64,000 nucleotides of DNA from an uncultured Actinomycetota bacterium (lineage in GTDB: Bacteria; Actinomycetota; Actinomycetes; JAHEKZ01), in the NCBI GenBank assembly GCA_963718235.1, contig CAVQYR010000001.1, forward strand, positions 896,001-960,000, in the 5' to 3' direction. Both the position numbers and the translations under genes were made by a program. Positions 31,515 through 43,653 of the stretch are shown in pieces (position 1 is the stretch's first letter; every line of letters begins with the position of its first letter). The notes beneath the pieces are model-generated. The model did no database searches. It worked only from the letters and a program-made list of their open reading frames with translations, and had not been told where the DNA came from.

Positions 31515-32159
31515 CTACTGGCGACTTACCGTCGTGAGCCCGGCGTCGGCGCGCAGGGCGGTGAGCAGGCGGTCGTGCCGTCCGTGCTGCAAGTCGCCGA
31601 TCGGGTCGTCGGTGTAGCGGGCGAGCACGTCCAGCGGCAGGCTGAACGCGGCGCGCATGGCGAGCAGCCGCTGCCGCTCAGGGTCGCCGTCGTCGAACAG
31701 CATCCGCTCGCCGAGCTCGGCGGTGCGCACCTGCCGGACCCGCTTCGGCAGGTAGGAGACCAGCAGCACCGCGGCCGGGAGCAGGAAGACCAGCCAGCCT
31801 GCGAGGAGCGCCACCCGGTGGATCGCCTGCTCACCCTGCTCCCCCAGTGAGACGACGTTCCCCCCGGTGGCGTCACTGGCACTGGTCAGCGCATCACTCA
31901 GTGCGCCACCGATGACCGGGACGCCGTCGACTGCGTCGGCCACCGAGGAGAACCCGCCCTGGACCGACTGGCCGGCGTCTTGGACCCCCAGGGCCAGCGA
32001 CGTCACCGCGTCGACCCGCTCGTAGACCCGCCAGCCGAGCCAGCCGAACAGCAGCAGCATGGCCAGGGTCAGCAGGTCAGCCACCAGCGCGGCCCGACGT
32101 CGGCTGGGAGAGCCCGGGTACAGGCGCGCGTAGATCGAACTGGCCGAATTCACGGTCAT
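31515..32159 (-). CDS. Conserved membrane protein
   Basis: Two TM helices flanking a VPVIGGALSDAL segment; RBS GGAG. Confidence 0.7.
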   Translation of the reverse strand: MTVNSASSIYARLYPGSPSRRRAALVADLLTLAMLLLFGWLGWRVYERVDAVTSLALGVQDAGQSVQGGFSSVADAVDGVPVIGGALSDALTSASDATGGNVVSLGEQGEQAIHRVALLAGWLVFLLPAAVLLVSYLPKRVRQVRTAELGERMLFDDGDPERQRLLAMRAAFSLPLDVLARYTDDPIGDLQHGRHDRLLTALRADAGLTTVSRQ

Positions 32160-32187
32160 CACCACTCCCTGGGCGTCACACTGAGTC

Positions 32188-33081
32188 ATGCCGAGACATC
32201 AGACTGCAGCCTTGCAGGTACTGCGCCGAGCAGACGTACCGTTGCAGGAGACCTCGGGGCTGTGTCTGCGTCGTGAGGCCGACGGATCGACCACGCTGCT
32301 CGCGATCGGTGACCGCGAGGCCACGATCGCGTGGTGCCGACTCCCGCACGACGTCGACGGTGAGCTGACCTGGGCGACCGCGGACCTCACCGGGGCCGAC
32401 GGGACCGCCCTGCCGGCGCACGATCCGCAGCTGGAGGCGATTGCGTCCGACGGTGTCGGTCGGGTGCTGCTGCTCCAGGAGACCCCACCGCGGTGCGAGC
32501 TGATCGACCCACCGAGCGTCGCAGTCATCGCCCGGATCGCACTGAGCGTCGAGGGAGAGAGCGCTGTCGCCCGCTCGTGGCGCGACCCGGCCGGGTCGCA
32601 CGGCGAGGGGTGCATCCTGCTGCGGGACGGTCATCTCCTGGTCGCCAAGGAGAAGGACCCCTCGGCGATCGTTGAGTTCGGACCGGCCGGCGCCGAGGCG
32701 ATCGGGGTCGGCGCCGGGACCGTGCTGCCGCCAGGACAGACGTGGGAGGTGGGCACCGGTGACCTCACCTACGTCGCCCTCGCCACCTGGCTGCCCGATG
32801 ACGGGCTGGCCAAGGCCTGCGGCGACCTGTCTGACCTGCAGGTCGGCCCGGACGGGCACCTCTACGTGCTCAGCGACCAGTCGGCGTCGATCGCCCGGCT
32901 CGACGAGCTGCCCGCCACGGGCGGCGTGGCCCGGGCGTCGTCGGTGTGGAGCCTGGACGGCGTCGACGGAAAGCCGGAGGGTCTGGCCTTCCTGCCCAGC
33001 GGCTTCGCGGTGGTCGCACTGGACACGCGCAAGGCCAAGCACAACCTGCTGCTGATGGGGCCGGCGATCGCCGCGACCTGA
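32188..33081 (+). CDS. Hypothetical beta-propeller protein (SdiA-regulated/YjiK-like)
   Basis: Blade-like motifs ETSGL, QLEAI, HGEG, DLSDL, KPEGLAF; start uncertain. Confidence 0.6.
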   Translation: MPRHQTAALQVLRRADVPLQETSGLCLRREADGSTTLLAIGDREATIAWCRLPHDVDGELTWATADLTGADGTALPAHDPQLEAIASDGVGRVLLLQETPPRCELIDPPSVAVIARIALSVEGESAVARSWRDPAGSHGEGCILLRDGHLLVAKEKDPSAIVEFGPAGAEAIGVGAGTVLPPGQTWEVGTGDLTYVALATWLPDDGLAKACGDLSDLQVGPDGHLYVLSDQSASIARLDELPATGGVARASSVWSLDGVDGKPEGLAFLPSGFAVVALDTRKAKHNLLLMGPAIAAT

Positions 33082-33103
33082 CCGGTGGTCCCAGCCCGTC
33101 GGG

Positions 33104-34954
<1,851 letters not shown>

Positions 34955-35001
34955 GGCCGCGCTCTGGTGCCCTGGGCCCGACGCTTGGCTCACGGGCGGG
35001 C

Positions 35002-36417
35002 TCACCTCGGCAGCCACGGGTCGTGCCAGCGGCCGAACCCGGTGACGAGCCGATCGGCCTCGGCGGGCCCCCAGCTCCCCGGGGCGTAGGGAAGCACGGG
35101 TGGTGGGTCGTCGAGCAGTGGCTGCATGATCCGCCAGGCCTCCTCGACCCCGTCCTGGCGGGTGAAACGCACGGTCTGACCCTCGAGTGCGGCCAGCAGG
35201 AGCACCTCGTAGGGCGTCGCTCCCTCACCGCCCTCGTCGCCGAACTCCATGTCCAAGAAGATGGTCTCCGGCCCGGGCGCATCCGCGCGGCGGGCGTCGA
35301 CCAGCCACTGCACACCGATCCGCGGGTCCATCCGGATCACGAGCTGGTTCGGCTCGGGGCGGCGGTCGCCGACGAGGCCGAACCCGAGCTTGGGCGGGCG
35401 CTTGAACACCATGCGAACCTCGGTCTGGGTGAGCGGGAGGTGCTTGCCGGTCCGGATGAAGAACGGCACGCCCGACCAGCGCCAGTTGTCGACGTCGAGC
35501 CGCAGTGCGGCGTACGTCTCGGTGGTCGAGCCCGCTGCGACGCCCGGGGTGTCGAGGTAGCCGGCGTACTGCCCCCGCACGTAGGACCTGGGGTCGCCGT
35601 CCTCGATCGCTCGGAAGACCGCGACCGAGGAGTCCTTCAGCGTGTTGGGGTCGCCACCGGAAGGCGCCTCCATGGCCACGGCTGCCACCACCTGCATGAG
35701 GTGGTTGACGACCACGTCGCGCAGCGCCCCCACTGGGTCGTAGAAGTGCCCCCGGTCCTCGACCCCGAAACTCTCGGCCATGGTGATCTGCACCGACTCC
35801 ACGAAGTTCCGGTTCCACACCGGCTCGAGCATCGTGTTGGCGAACCGGAGGAACAGCAGCTCCTCCAGGCCCATCTTTCCTAGGAAGTGGTCGATCCGCA
35901 GCAGCTGCGACTCGTCGATGTGGCGGTGCATGGCCCGCGCAAGCTCGCCGGCCGACCCGCGGTCGTGGCCGAAGGGCTTCTCCACGACGACCCGGGCATT
36001 GGGCGTCATGCCGGCACGGCTGATGCCCCGGACGACGGTCTCGAAGAGCGAGGGGGGTATCTCCAGGTAGAAGACGGGGAGCGATCTTCCCCTGATCTGC
36101 TCGGCCACCTTGTCGTAGGTGGTGTCGTCGGCGAAGTCACCGGACACGTAGGACAGCCGGGCAGCCAGCCGTGCGAACACCGTCTCGTCGAGCTCCTCGC
36201 CGGTGCCGACGATGCAGTCACGGGCGTGGGCACGAAGCTGGTCGACGGTCCAGTCGTTCACGGCGACACCCACGATGGGAGTGCGGAGCAGCCCCCGTTG
36301 CTCCAGGCGGTAGAGCGACCGGAAGGTCATCACCCGGGCCAGGTCCCCGGTGATGCCGAAGATGACCAGGACGTCGGCTGGTGGGGCAACGGAGGTGGGT
36401 GTCGCCTGCGGATTCAC
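35002..36417 (-). CDS. zwf: Glucose-6-phosphate 1-dehydrogenase
   Basis: [33 protein letters not shown]. Confidence 0.95.
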   Translation of the reverse strand: MNPQATPTSVAPPADVLVIFGITGDLARVMTFRSLYRLEQRGLLRTPIVGVAVNDWTVDQLRAHARDCIVGTGEELDETVFARLAARLSYVSGDFADDTTYDKVAEQIRGRSLPVFYLEIPPSLFETVVRGISRAGMTPNARVVVEKPFGHDRGSAGELARAMHRHIDESQLLRIDHFLGKMGLEELLFLRFANTMLEPVWNRNFVESVQITMAESFGVEDRGHFYDPVGALRDVVVNHLMQVVAAVAMEAPSGGDPNTLKDSSVAVFRAIEDGDPRSYVRGQYAGYLDTPGVAAGSTTETYAALRLDVDNWRWSGVPFFIRTGKHLPLTQTEVRMVFKRPPKLGFGLVGDRRPEPNQLVIRMDPRIGVQWLVDARRADAPGPETIFLDMEFGDEGGEGATPYEVLLLAALEGQTVRFTRQDGVEEAWRIMQPLLDDPPPVLPYAPGSWGPAEADRLVTGFGRWHDPWLPR

Positions 36418-36638
36418 TCGGCCGTCCCTTCGGTTCGGGTGAGGTCCTCAGCCTAGTTGCGGGCTCGTGGAGTGCTTGCCGCGCTGAGCGCGGCGTCACG
36501 ACCATCAGGCGTGCTCGGTCGGGTCACGGCGCGATGCTACGGGTGCGCCGCCGGACCCCCTCTGCCAGAGTGGGCTGGTCAGGCAGGTGCGGGTGCTTCT
36601 CACCGGCCGAGTCGTCAGCCAAGTGCTCAGGAGGAACA

Positions 36639-36833
36639 GTGGTTCTGGGAATCGGTGGATTTAGCGGGGGCAAGGCCGGCGGTCCGGCGTACGAGATCGA
36701 GGTGAACGAGGGCTCGGTGAACATGCACCGCTTCACCAAGGTCGCGAACGAGCGGGCGGCCAACGGATACCGGATGGCGCACGTGTACAGCCAGGACCGC
36801 AACACGATCGTGGTCTGGGAGCGCGTCGGCTGA
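36639..36833 (+). CDS. Small 64-aa protein (DUF4177-like)
   Basis: RBS GGAGG then GTG; ..NERAANGYRMAHV..IVVWER. Confidence 0.65.
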   Translation: MVLGIGGFSGGKAGGPAYEIEVNEGSVNMHRFTKVANERAANGYRMAHVYSQDRNTIVVWERVG

Positions 36834-36897
36834 CCGCGCTGCCGCCGGTCGGCGGGAGAGCGTCGGGCGGCCTTGCCGTCTGGGCTAGCGTGCGGCC

Positions 36898-37854
36898 ATG
36901 AGCGCTCCTCCTGAGTCGTACTTCGACACCTCGGGTTGGGACCCACGTGACGTCGTCTCGGGCGGCTCGCGGATGGTGCCGGTCAGCACGCCGAGCGGTG
37001 ACTTCCGGGTGTGGACCAAGCGGGTCGGCACCAACCCCGACCTCAAGGTGCTGCTGCTGCACGGGGGCCCGGGGGCGACAGACGAGCTGTACGAGTGCTT
37101 CGACACCTGGTTCCCCGGCGCCGGCATCGAGTACTACTACTACGACCAGCTCGGCTCGTTCCGCAGCGACCAGCCCGACGACCCGTCGCTGTGGGACCTG
37201 GCCCGGTTCGTCGACGAGGTCGAGCAGGTCCGCCGAGCGCTCGGGCTGGACGCGGGCAACTTCGTGCTGCTCGGCCAGTCGTGGGGTGGGATCCTCGCCA
37301 TGGAGTACGCCGTCCACCACCAGGAGCACCTCAAGGGCCTGGTCATCTCGAACATGATGTCGAGCGCGCCGCTGTACAACGCCTATGCCCACGAAGTCCT
37401 CATGCCCGCCATGGACCAGTTCGTCCTCGCGCAGATCAAGCAGTTCGAGGCCGAGGGGACCACCGACGACCCCCGCTACGAGCAGCTGCTCATGGAGCAC
37501 CACTACGCCTTGCACGTCTGTCGGCTCCCGCTCGGGGAGTGGCCCGACCCGGTCCAGCGCTCTCTGGGCCACCTCAACCCGGCGATCTACGTACCGATGC
37601 AGGGGCCGAGCGAGCTCGGTCTCAGCGGCACCCTCGAGGACTGGGACCGCTCCGGAGACCTCGGGGACATCGACGTCCCGACCCTCGTCATCGGTGCCAC
37701 TCACGACACCATGGACCCCGAACACCTGCGTTGGATGGCTGACCAGCTGCCCCAGGGCACCTACCTGCACTGCCCCGAGGGAAGCCACCTGGCGCAGTTC
37801 GACGACCCGCAGCACTACTTTCCCGGGCTGATCCGTTTCCTCCAGTGTCTGTGA
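36898..37854 (+). CDS. Proline iminopeptidase-family hydrolase
   Basis: LHGGPG, YDQLG, GQSWGG, GSHLA. Confidence 0.92.
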   Translation: MSAPPESYFDTSGWDPRDVVSGGSRMVPVSTPSGDFRVWTKRVGTNPDLKVLLLHGGPGATDELYECFDTWFPGAGIEYYYYDQLGSFRSDQPDDPSLWDLARFVDEVEQVRRALGLDAGNFVLLGQSWGGILAMEYAVHHQEHLKGLVISNMMSSAPLYNAYAHEVLMPAMDQFVLAQIKQFEAEGTTDDPRYEQLLMEHHYALHVCRLPLGEWPDPVQRSLGHLNPAIYVPMQGPSELGLSGTLEDWDRSGDLGDIDVPTLVIGATHDTMDPEHLRWMADQLPQGTYLHCPEGSHLAQFDDPQHYFPGLIRFLQCL

Positions 37855-37965
37855 GTCACCGACCTCGGCCGCGGGTCATCCGGCCCGACCTGGTCCTCGC
37901 CGGGGCGAGGGCTGCTCGACCGAACGTGGGCTCGGGCGCCAGGCGGTGCTGCGTAGGGTGTCGCC

Positions 37966-38505
37966 ATGGAGACAGCGTGGTTGTTCGACACACTTGCGGT
38001 GACCCTCGCGCGGATCGACTTCCTCGACCCTGAACTGGACGCGGCGCCGGACACCAGGGAGCGCGGCGTGCGTCTAGAGATCCGTCCGATCGAGTCTGAG
38101 TGCGTCGGCAGCGTCTACGCTTCGCCCACCGTCACGCTTCAACCGGCCGTCTGCCGCATCGACCTGTTGGAGTCTGCCCCTGGCGCCGTTGACCGGATGC
38201 ATTGGCACCCCACCATGCACGGTGGTGAGCCGGGCGATCGTACGTTCGACCCTGACATCCCGGTCGACCCGCTGGCGTGGCTCGACCGCCGCCTTGCGCA
38301 GGTCACGAAGCTCCTGGAGCACGGTGGCGTCGAAGACACTGGGCTCTATGAACGGTCCGCGGGCGAGATCTCGGATCATCGTGCCGAAATCGTTGCAGCG
38401 GCGGCTGCCGGCCTTGAGTGGGCCCGGCGCCCATGGCCTGATGTGGAGCATGACGAACGCGGCATGGCTACGCTCACGGAATGGCCGATGACACGTACAC
38501 AGTGA
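37966..38505 (+). CDS. Conserved hypothetical protein
   Basis: ERGVRLE..RIDLLES..DRMHWHP..DPLAWL; -10 TAGGGT at 37954. Confidence 0.7.
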   Translation: METAWLFDTLAVTLARIDFLDPELDAAPDTRERGVRLEIRPIESECVGSVYASPTVTLQPAVCRIDLLESAPGAVDRMHWHPTMHGGEPGDRTFDPDIPVDPLAWLDRRLAQVTKLLEHGGVEDTGLYERSAGEISDHRAEIVAAAAAGLEWARRPWPDVEHDERGMATLTEWPMTRTQ

Positions 38506-38957
38506 AGCGATCCATCACGATCGACGCTCCTGCGGCTCAGGTCTTCCCCCTCGTTGCCGACTTCAGGCGCTGGACGGAGTGGTCACCCTGGGAAGGCCTC
38601 GACCCCGACATGCAGCGGACCTACAGCGGGTCGGCGTCGGGGCCTGGGTCGTCCTACAGCTGGTCGGGCAACCGGAAAGCCGGGCAGGGTCAGATGACGA
38701 TTCTCGAGGCAGTGGAACCGTCAACGATCACCGTGGACCTCCGCTTCGACAGGCCGTTCAAGGCACGCAACGACATGTCCTTCCACATTCAGGAGCATGA
38801 GCGTGGTTCGACCGTTCGCTGGGCAATCACCGGCAAGAAGACGTTCGCCACGAGAGCCATGAGTCTCTTCAAGTCGATGGACGCGTTGGTCGGGCCCGAC
38901 TTCGAGAGAGGGCTGGCCAAGCTCAAGTCACTGGTCGAGGGACCTCCAGGGGCCTAG
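38481..38957 (+). CDS. SRPBCC/polyketide cyclase family protein
   Basis: RSITIDAP..WSPWEGLDP..YSWSGN..GPDFERGLAKLK. Confidence 0.9.
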   Translation: MADDTYTVKRSITIDAPAAQVFPLVADFRRWTEWSPWEGLDPDMQRTYSGSASGPGSSYSWSGNRKAGQGQMTILEAVEPSTITVDLRFDRPFKARNDMSFHIQEHERGSTVRWAITGKKTFATRAMSLFKSMDALVGPDFERGLAKLKSLVEGPPGA

Positions 38958-39047
38958 CGGTCACGGGCCGACACCCCGGGCTGCCCGCCCACAGTGGGTG
39001 ACGAACTGGGTGCGGGTCGTGAGTCGACGTGCGGCGGCCGGGTGAGG

Positions 39048-39102
39048 GTTGTCCACAGTTGGGCCGAACCCGTTGCCGCTCCCCGTCGTTGGCCCCTAAC
39101 CT
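39048..39102 (+). promoter_or_regulatory. Perfect actinobacterial DnaA-box TTGTCCACA plus -35 TTGCCG / -10 TAACCT upstream of tadA
   Basis: Box 39049-39057, -35 at 39073-39078, -10 at 39097-39102. Confidence 0.6.
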
Positions 39103-39138
39103 CCCCGTCACGCCGCGCCGGACCGACGTGGCGAGGGG

Positions 39139-40371
39139 GTGACCGTGGACGCCGTCGCGTTGGTCGAGAGCGAGGTGCGAGAGCTCGTTCGTCAGCGCGG
39201 GTTGGATCCGTTGGTCGACCCGCGCGGCGTGCGTGGTCTGGTACGGGAGGTGCTGGCCGACTACGAGCAACGCACGCTCGGCGGTTCTCTGACTCCTCTT
39301 CTCGACCCCGTGGGTACCGAGCAGCTCGTTCTCGACTCGGTGGCGGGGTTCGGGCCGCTGCAGCGGTTCCTCGACGACCCGGAGATCGAGGAGATCTGGA
39401 TCAACGACCCGGGCCGCGTTTTCGTGGCCCGGCGCGGGCGCAGCGAGCTGACCTCGACGATTCTGGACGCCGGTCAGGTTCGAGACTTGGTCGAGCGCAT
39501 GCTCAGGACGTCGAACCGTCGGGTCGACCTGTCCACCCCGTTCGTCGACGCGTGCCTTCCGGACGGGTCACGTCTGCACGTGGTGATCCCCGACGTCACC
39601 CGTGAGCACTGGGCAGTCAACGTCCGCAAGTTCGTCGTCCGCGCGGCCCACCTCGACGAGCTGGTCGACCTGGGAACCCTCACCTCCGCGTCGGCAGCCT
39701 TCCTGGAGGCAGCGGTCGTCGCCGGGTTGAACGTGATCGTCGCCGGTGGCACGCAGGCGGGCAAGACGACTTTGCTCAACTGTCTGGCAGCAGCGATCCC
39801 GGCGAGCGAAAGGGTCGTGACGGTCGAGGAGGTATTCGAGCTCCAAGTTCCACTTCCCGACGTCGTCGGTCTGCAGACCCGCCAGCCGAGTCTCGAAGGC
39901 ACGGGGGAGATCCAGCTCCGTCGACTGGTGAAGGAAGCCCTTCGCATGCGGCCGAGCCGAATCATTGTCGGAGAGGTCCGCCAGGCGGAGTGCCTCGATC
40001 TGCTCATCGCGCTCAACAGCGGCCTGCCCGGCATGTGCAGCCTGCACGCCAACAGCGCACGTGAGGCAGTGACGAAGCTGTGCACCCTTCCGCTCCTGGC
40101 CGGCGACAACGTGGGGTCCGGATTCGTCGTCCCCACCGTGGCCGGGTGCGTCGACCTCGTCGTGCACCTGTCCAGCGACGTCGATGGCTCCCGACGCGTG
40201 CGCGAGATAGCCGCCCTGCCGGGCCGGGTGGAGGGTGGCGTCGTGGAGATGGAGGACATCTTCGTGATGCGCAACGGCCTCCTGGCGCGAGGAACTGGGT
40301 TCCCGCCTCATCTCGACCGGTTCGAGCGTCGTGGTCTCGACGTCGCCGGGCTCCTGGCGACGGCCTCATGA
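39139..40371 (+). CDS. tadA: Tad/Flp pilus assembly ATPase CpaF/TadA
   Basis: GGTQAGKTT, EEVFEL, LRMRPSRIIVGEVR. Confidence 0.93.
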   Translation: MTVDAVALVESEVRELVRQRGLDPLVDPRGVRGLVREVLADYEQRTLGGSLTPLLDPVGTEQLVLDSVAGFGPLQRFLDDPEIEEIWINDPGRVFVARRGRSELTSTILDAGQVRDLVERMLRTSNRRVDLSTPFVDACLPDGSRLHVVIPDVTREHWAVNVRKFVVRAAHLDELVDLGTLTSASAAFLEAAVVAGLNVIVAGGTQAGKTTLLNCLAAAIPASERVVTVEEVFELQVPLPDVVGLQTRQPSLEGTGEIQLRRLVKEALRMRPSRIIVGEVRQAECLDLLIALNSGLPGMCSLHANSAREAVTKLCTLPLLAGDNVGSGFVVPTVAGCVDLVVHLSSDVDGSRRVREIAALPGRVEGGVVEMEDIFVMRNGLLARGTGFPPHLDRFERRGLDVAGLLATAS

Positions 40372-41231
40372 CATCTGCGGAGTGGGGGTTGGTGCTCGGC
40401 CTCACGTTGGGGCTGGGACTGCTGATCCTCCTACGCGGGCGGGGCGAACGTGGTGCGAGAACGTCGTCGAGCAGGCGTCGACTCCGTTCCCTGCTGGCTG
40501 AAGCGGGCCTGCAGGGCGTCACTCCGACGAGACTTCTCATGGCGAGCACCGCTCTTGCGGCCGCCACCTTCTTCTTCGTCCTGGGCGTGTCGCAGTCGTG
40601 GACCGTCAGCCTGGCGTTCGGGGCGTTGGCTTCGTACGGCCCGCTGGCCCTGGTACGGCACCGCATGCGACAGCGTCGCGCTGAGCTTGGAACGCTCTGG
40701 CCCGATGTCATCGACAACATCGCCTCGGCGGTGCGCGCGGGTCTCTCGCTACCCGAGGCGCTCGGCCAGGTGGGGGAGCGCGGGCCGGAGGCGTTGCGTC
40801 CCGCCTTCCGGGCGTTCGCCGACGAGTACCGCGTGAGTGGCACGTTCGGTACCGCCCTTGACGGGCTGAAGGACCGACTGGCTGACCCCGTGGGCGACCG
40901 GGTCGTGGAAGCCCTGCGTCTGGCCCGTGACGTGGGCGGACACGACCTCGGTCGACTGCTGCGCACGCTGGCGGTGTTCCTCCGGGACGACCTGCGGACC
41001 CGGGGCGAGATCGTCAGTCGGCAGAGCTGGACGGTCAACGCCGCACGTCTGGCGGTTGCCGCCCCCTGGGTGCTGCTCGCGCTCCTGTCGCTGCGGCCTC
41101 AGGCCGTCGAGGCGTACGACTCCGCAGCGGGCATGGTTCTCCTGGTAGCCGGCGGCGCGGTCTCCGTGGTCGCGTACCGGCTGATGCTGCGCCTGGCACG
41201 CCTCCCCCTCGAAGCGAGGGTCCTCCAATGA
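40368..41231 (+). CDS. tadB: TadB (T2SS F family)
   Basis: ATGA overlap; WPDVIDNIASAVRAGLSL; TM helices. Confidence 0.88.
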   Translation: MTSAEWGLVLGLTLGLGLLILLRGRGERGARTSSSRRRLRSLLAEAGLQGVTPTRLLMASTALAAATFFFVLGVSQSWTVSLAFGALASYGPLALVRHRMRQRRAELGTLWPDVIDNIASAVRAGLSLPEALGQVGERGPEALRPAFRAFADEYRVSGTFGTALDGLKDRLADPVGDRVVEALRLARDVGGHDLGRLLRTLAVFLRDDLRTRGEIVSRQSWTVNAARLAVAAPWVLLALLSLRPQAVEAYDSAAGMVLLVAGGAVSVVAYRLMLRLARLPLEARVLQ

Positions 41232-42166
41232 GTGGGGCGGGCGTGCTCGTGCTGGGTTCGGCACTGGGCCTCGGCCTGGCACTGGTCGGATTCTCCTTCC
41301 CGGTGTTCCGACGGCCCGTCCTGAGCGACCGCGTCCATCCGTACCTGGGGGGTGGCCCGACGCCGTCGCGCCTGCTGGTCGACGACTCGGTCTCCACGCC
41401 GTTCCCCACGCTGGAGCGGCTTCTGCGCCCGAGCCTCCGTCGGGCCGCTCGCTCGCTCGACCGCTGGGCAGGCGCCGGGGGCTCTGTGGGACACCGGCTC
41501 GACCGGCTCGGCTCACCGATGTCGGTCGACCAGTTCCGGGTGCAGCAGCTCGGGTGGGGGGTAGCTGCAGCCATGGCCGGATCCGCACTCCTCGCGCTGC
41601 GCGGCGCCAGGACCGGACCGCCGGGTGCAGCCACCATCGTCTTGGTCCTGGTCCTGTCTTTCACGGCCGGGGTCCTGGCCCGCGATCGACGCCTGACGAC
41701 AGACGTGAGGCGTCGGGAGTCGCGCATGCGAACGGAGTTCCCGACGCTTGCTGAGCTGCTGGCCCTGTCGGTGTCGGCGGGTGAGGGTGCCGCCGCTGCG
41801 CTCGAGCGGGTGAGCCGGGTGGCACACGGTGACCTGGCCGCAGAGCTGCGGCGGGCCCTGGACGACGTCCGACTCGGGGTCGGTCTCGTCGACGCGCTGC
41901 AGGCGGTGGCCACGCGCGTCGAGCTCCCGGAGCTACGCCGCTTCGTCGACGGAGTCGTGGTCGCCGTCGATCGAGGGACTCCTCTGGCAGCGGTCCTCCA
42001 GGCTCAGGCAGCCGATGCGCGCGAGGCCGAGCGCAGGGCACTGATCGAACTGGGTGGCCGCAAGGACATCGCGATGATGGTCCCGGTCGTCTTCCTGGTC
42101 CTGCCCCTGTCGGTGGTGTTCGCACTGTTCCCCGGCTTCTACTCCATCTCGCTGTCGTCTCCCTGA
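41228..42166 (+). CDS. tadC: TadC (T2SS F family)
   Basis: EFPTLAELLALSVSAGE, RGTPLA, MMVPVVFL. Confidence 0.88.
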   Translation: MSGAGVLVLGSALGLGLALVGFSFPVFRRPVLSDRVHPYLGGGPTPSRLLVDDSVSTPFPTLERLLRPSLRRAARSLDRWAGAGGSVGHRLDRLGSPMSVDQFRVQQLGWGVAAAMAGSALLALRGARTGPPGAATIVLVLVLSFTAGVLARDRRLTTDVRRRESRMRTEFPTLAELLALSVSAGEGAAAALERVSRVAHGDLAAELRRALDDVRLGVGLVDALQAVATRVELPELRRFVDGVVVAVDRGTPLAAVLQAQAADAREAERRALIELGGRKDIAMMVPVVFLVLPLSVVFALFPGFYSISLSSP

Positions 42167-42201
42167 CGGCAGCCCTGCACACCTGCGACGAAGGAGACGA
42201 C

Positions 42202-42387
42202 ATGACGAGAATCGCCGCGCACCTCGCGGTTCGCCTGCAACAGCTTCGGGACGACGATCGTGGCGACGTCCCCGGCTGGGTCTTCATCACGATCATGACC
42301 GCAGGACTCGTGACCACGCTGTGGCTGGTGGCCGAGGACCAGCTGCGGGAGATCTTCTCCTCCGCGCTGTCGAGGGTCTCCCGCTGA
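42202..42387 (+). CDS. Flp-type major pilin candidate
   Basis: 61 aa; RBS AAGGAG; DDRG|DVPGWV plus hydrophobic helix. Confidence 0.8.
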   Translation: MTRIAAHLAVRLQQLRDDDRGDVPGWVFITIMTAGLVTTLWLVAEDQLREIFSSALSRVSR

Positions 42388-42764
42388 TGGACCACGACGA
42401 CCGCGGTTCTGCGGTCGTCGAGTTCGTGCTGGTGTCGGTGCTGGTCGTCTTCGTCGTGCTGGCCCTGGTCCAGGTCGCCTTCGCCCTGTACGTCCGCAAC
42501 ACCCTCGTGGCCGCGGCCGCCGAAGGCGCGCGGTTCGGTGCGTCGGCGGGCCGAACCCCGGACGACGCCGCGCTGCACACCCAGCGACTGATCGAGATGA
42601 CCCTTCCGCCCGGCTACTCAGACGACGTGTCGGCGGGGGTCGAGCTGGTTGCCGGGGTGCCGTCCGTGGTGGTCGAGGTTCGCGCGGCCGTGCCGCTGGT
42701 GGCGTGGTTCGGCCCGGCCGAGGGCATCACGGCTCGCGGGCACGCCATGAGCGAGACGCCGTGA
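42387..42764 (+). CDS. TadE-like pseudopilin
   Basis: DRG|SAVVEF, AAAEGAR. Confidence 0.87.
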   Translation: MDHDDRGSAVVEFVLVSVLVVFVVLALVQVAFALYVRNTLVAAAAEGARFGASAGRTPDDAALHTQRLIEMTLPPGYSDDVSAGVELVAGVPSVVVEVRAAVPLVAWFGPAEGITARGHAMSETP

Positions 42765-43216
42765 CGCCCGCCCGTGTGCGCGAGGCACGCGGTGCTGAAG
42801 GTGCCGCGATGGTCGAGTTCGTGTCCCTGGTCGTGGTTCTGGTGGTGCCGTTGACCTACTTGCTCCTCACCGTCTTCGAGGTCCAGCGTGCGTCTTTCGC
42901 CGCCACGTCCGCCGCGCGTGAGGCGGCCCGGCTGTTCGTGACCGCCCCCTCCTCCGCCGAGGCCGAGGTCCGTGCGCGTCAGGCTGCAGCCATTGCGCTG
43001 GCCGACCATGGCATGTCCGCAGGTCCGGACGACGTGGTCGTGTCGTGCTCCGCCGATCCCTGCCTCACCCCTGGGGCCCTCGTCCGGGTGCAGTTCCGGA
43101 CCAGCCTCCCGCTGCCGCTGGTCCCAGGCTTCGTCAGCGACCTGGTCCCGGTTGCCGTGGGTGTCCAGGCCGAGCACACCCAGGTCGTCGACCGCTACGC
43201 ACCCCTGCGGCCATGA
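42761..43216 (+). CDS. TadE/F-like pseudopilin
   Basis: EG|AAMVEF, AAREAAR. Confidence 0.85.
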   Translation: MTPARVREARGAEGAAMVEFVSLVVVLVVPLTYLLLTVFEVQRASFAATSAAREAARLFVTAPSSAEAEVRARQAAAIALADHGMSAGPDDVVVSCSADPCLTPGALVRVQFRTSLPLPLVPGFVSDLVPVAVGVQAEHTQVVDRYAPLRP

Positions 43217-43653
43217 GCGCTCGGCGTGACGAGGGCACGGTGATGCTGCTCGTCCTGGGGTTGGTCGTGGTGGCAGGACTCCTCATCGTGGTCGTGGTCG
43301 ACGTCAGCGCCTTGTTCGTGGCGCGACGTGACCTGCTCGCCGCGGCAGACGGGGCGGCGCTGGCGGGGGCCCAGGCGGTCGACGAGGCAGCGGTTTACCG
43401 CGACGGAGTGCGTGGCTCGCTCCCGCTCGACCCGGCGCGGGTCGAGACCGTCGTCGACGAGTACCTGCGTGACGCCGGCGCTCCGACGGGGGTCGACGAC
43501 CTGCACGTCTCGGTGACGACCGACGGCACGACGGTCCGGGTGCAGCTCAGCGGACTCGTGCACCTTCCGATCGTCAACGCGGTCACTCCGGGTGCAGCAG
43601 GAGGGGTCGACGTCGCGGCGTCGGCCAGCGCGCGGTCCGCCGTCCTGCCGTGA
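43213..43653 (+). CDS. TadG-related pilus protein
   Basis: DEG|TVMLL, LLAAADGAALAGAQ. Confidence 0.85.
   Translation: MSARRDEGTVMLLVLGLVVVAGLLIVVVVDVSALFVARRDLLAAADGAALAGAQAVDEAAVYRDGVRGSLPLDPARVETVVDEYLRDAGAPTGVDDLHVSVTTDGTTVRVQLSGLVHLPIVNAVTPGAAGGVDVAASASARSAVLP

Noticed and set aside
37852-37864. TGAGTCACCGACC shared by the ends of pip and the amine oxidase (46110-46122)
   Set aside because: A near-identical string also occurs inside the GH15 CDS (about 34488), so chance in high-GC DNA cannot be excluded
39049-39057. Replication origin suggested by the DnaA box
   Set aside because: Single isolated box, no cluster, no dnaA/dnaN nearby; treated as a promoter element
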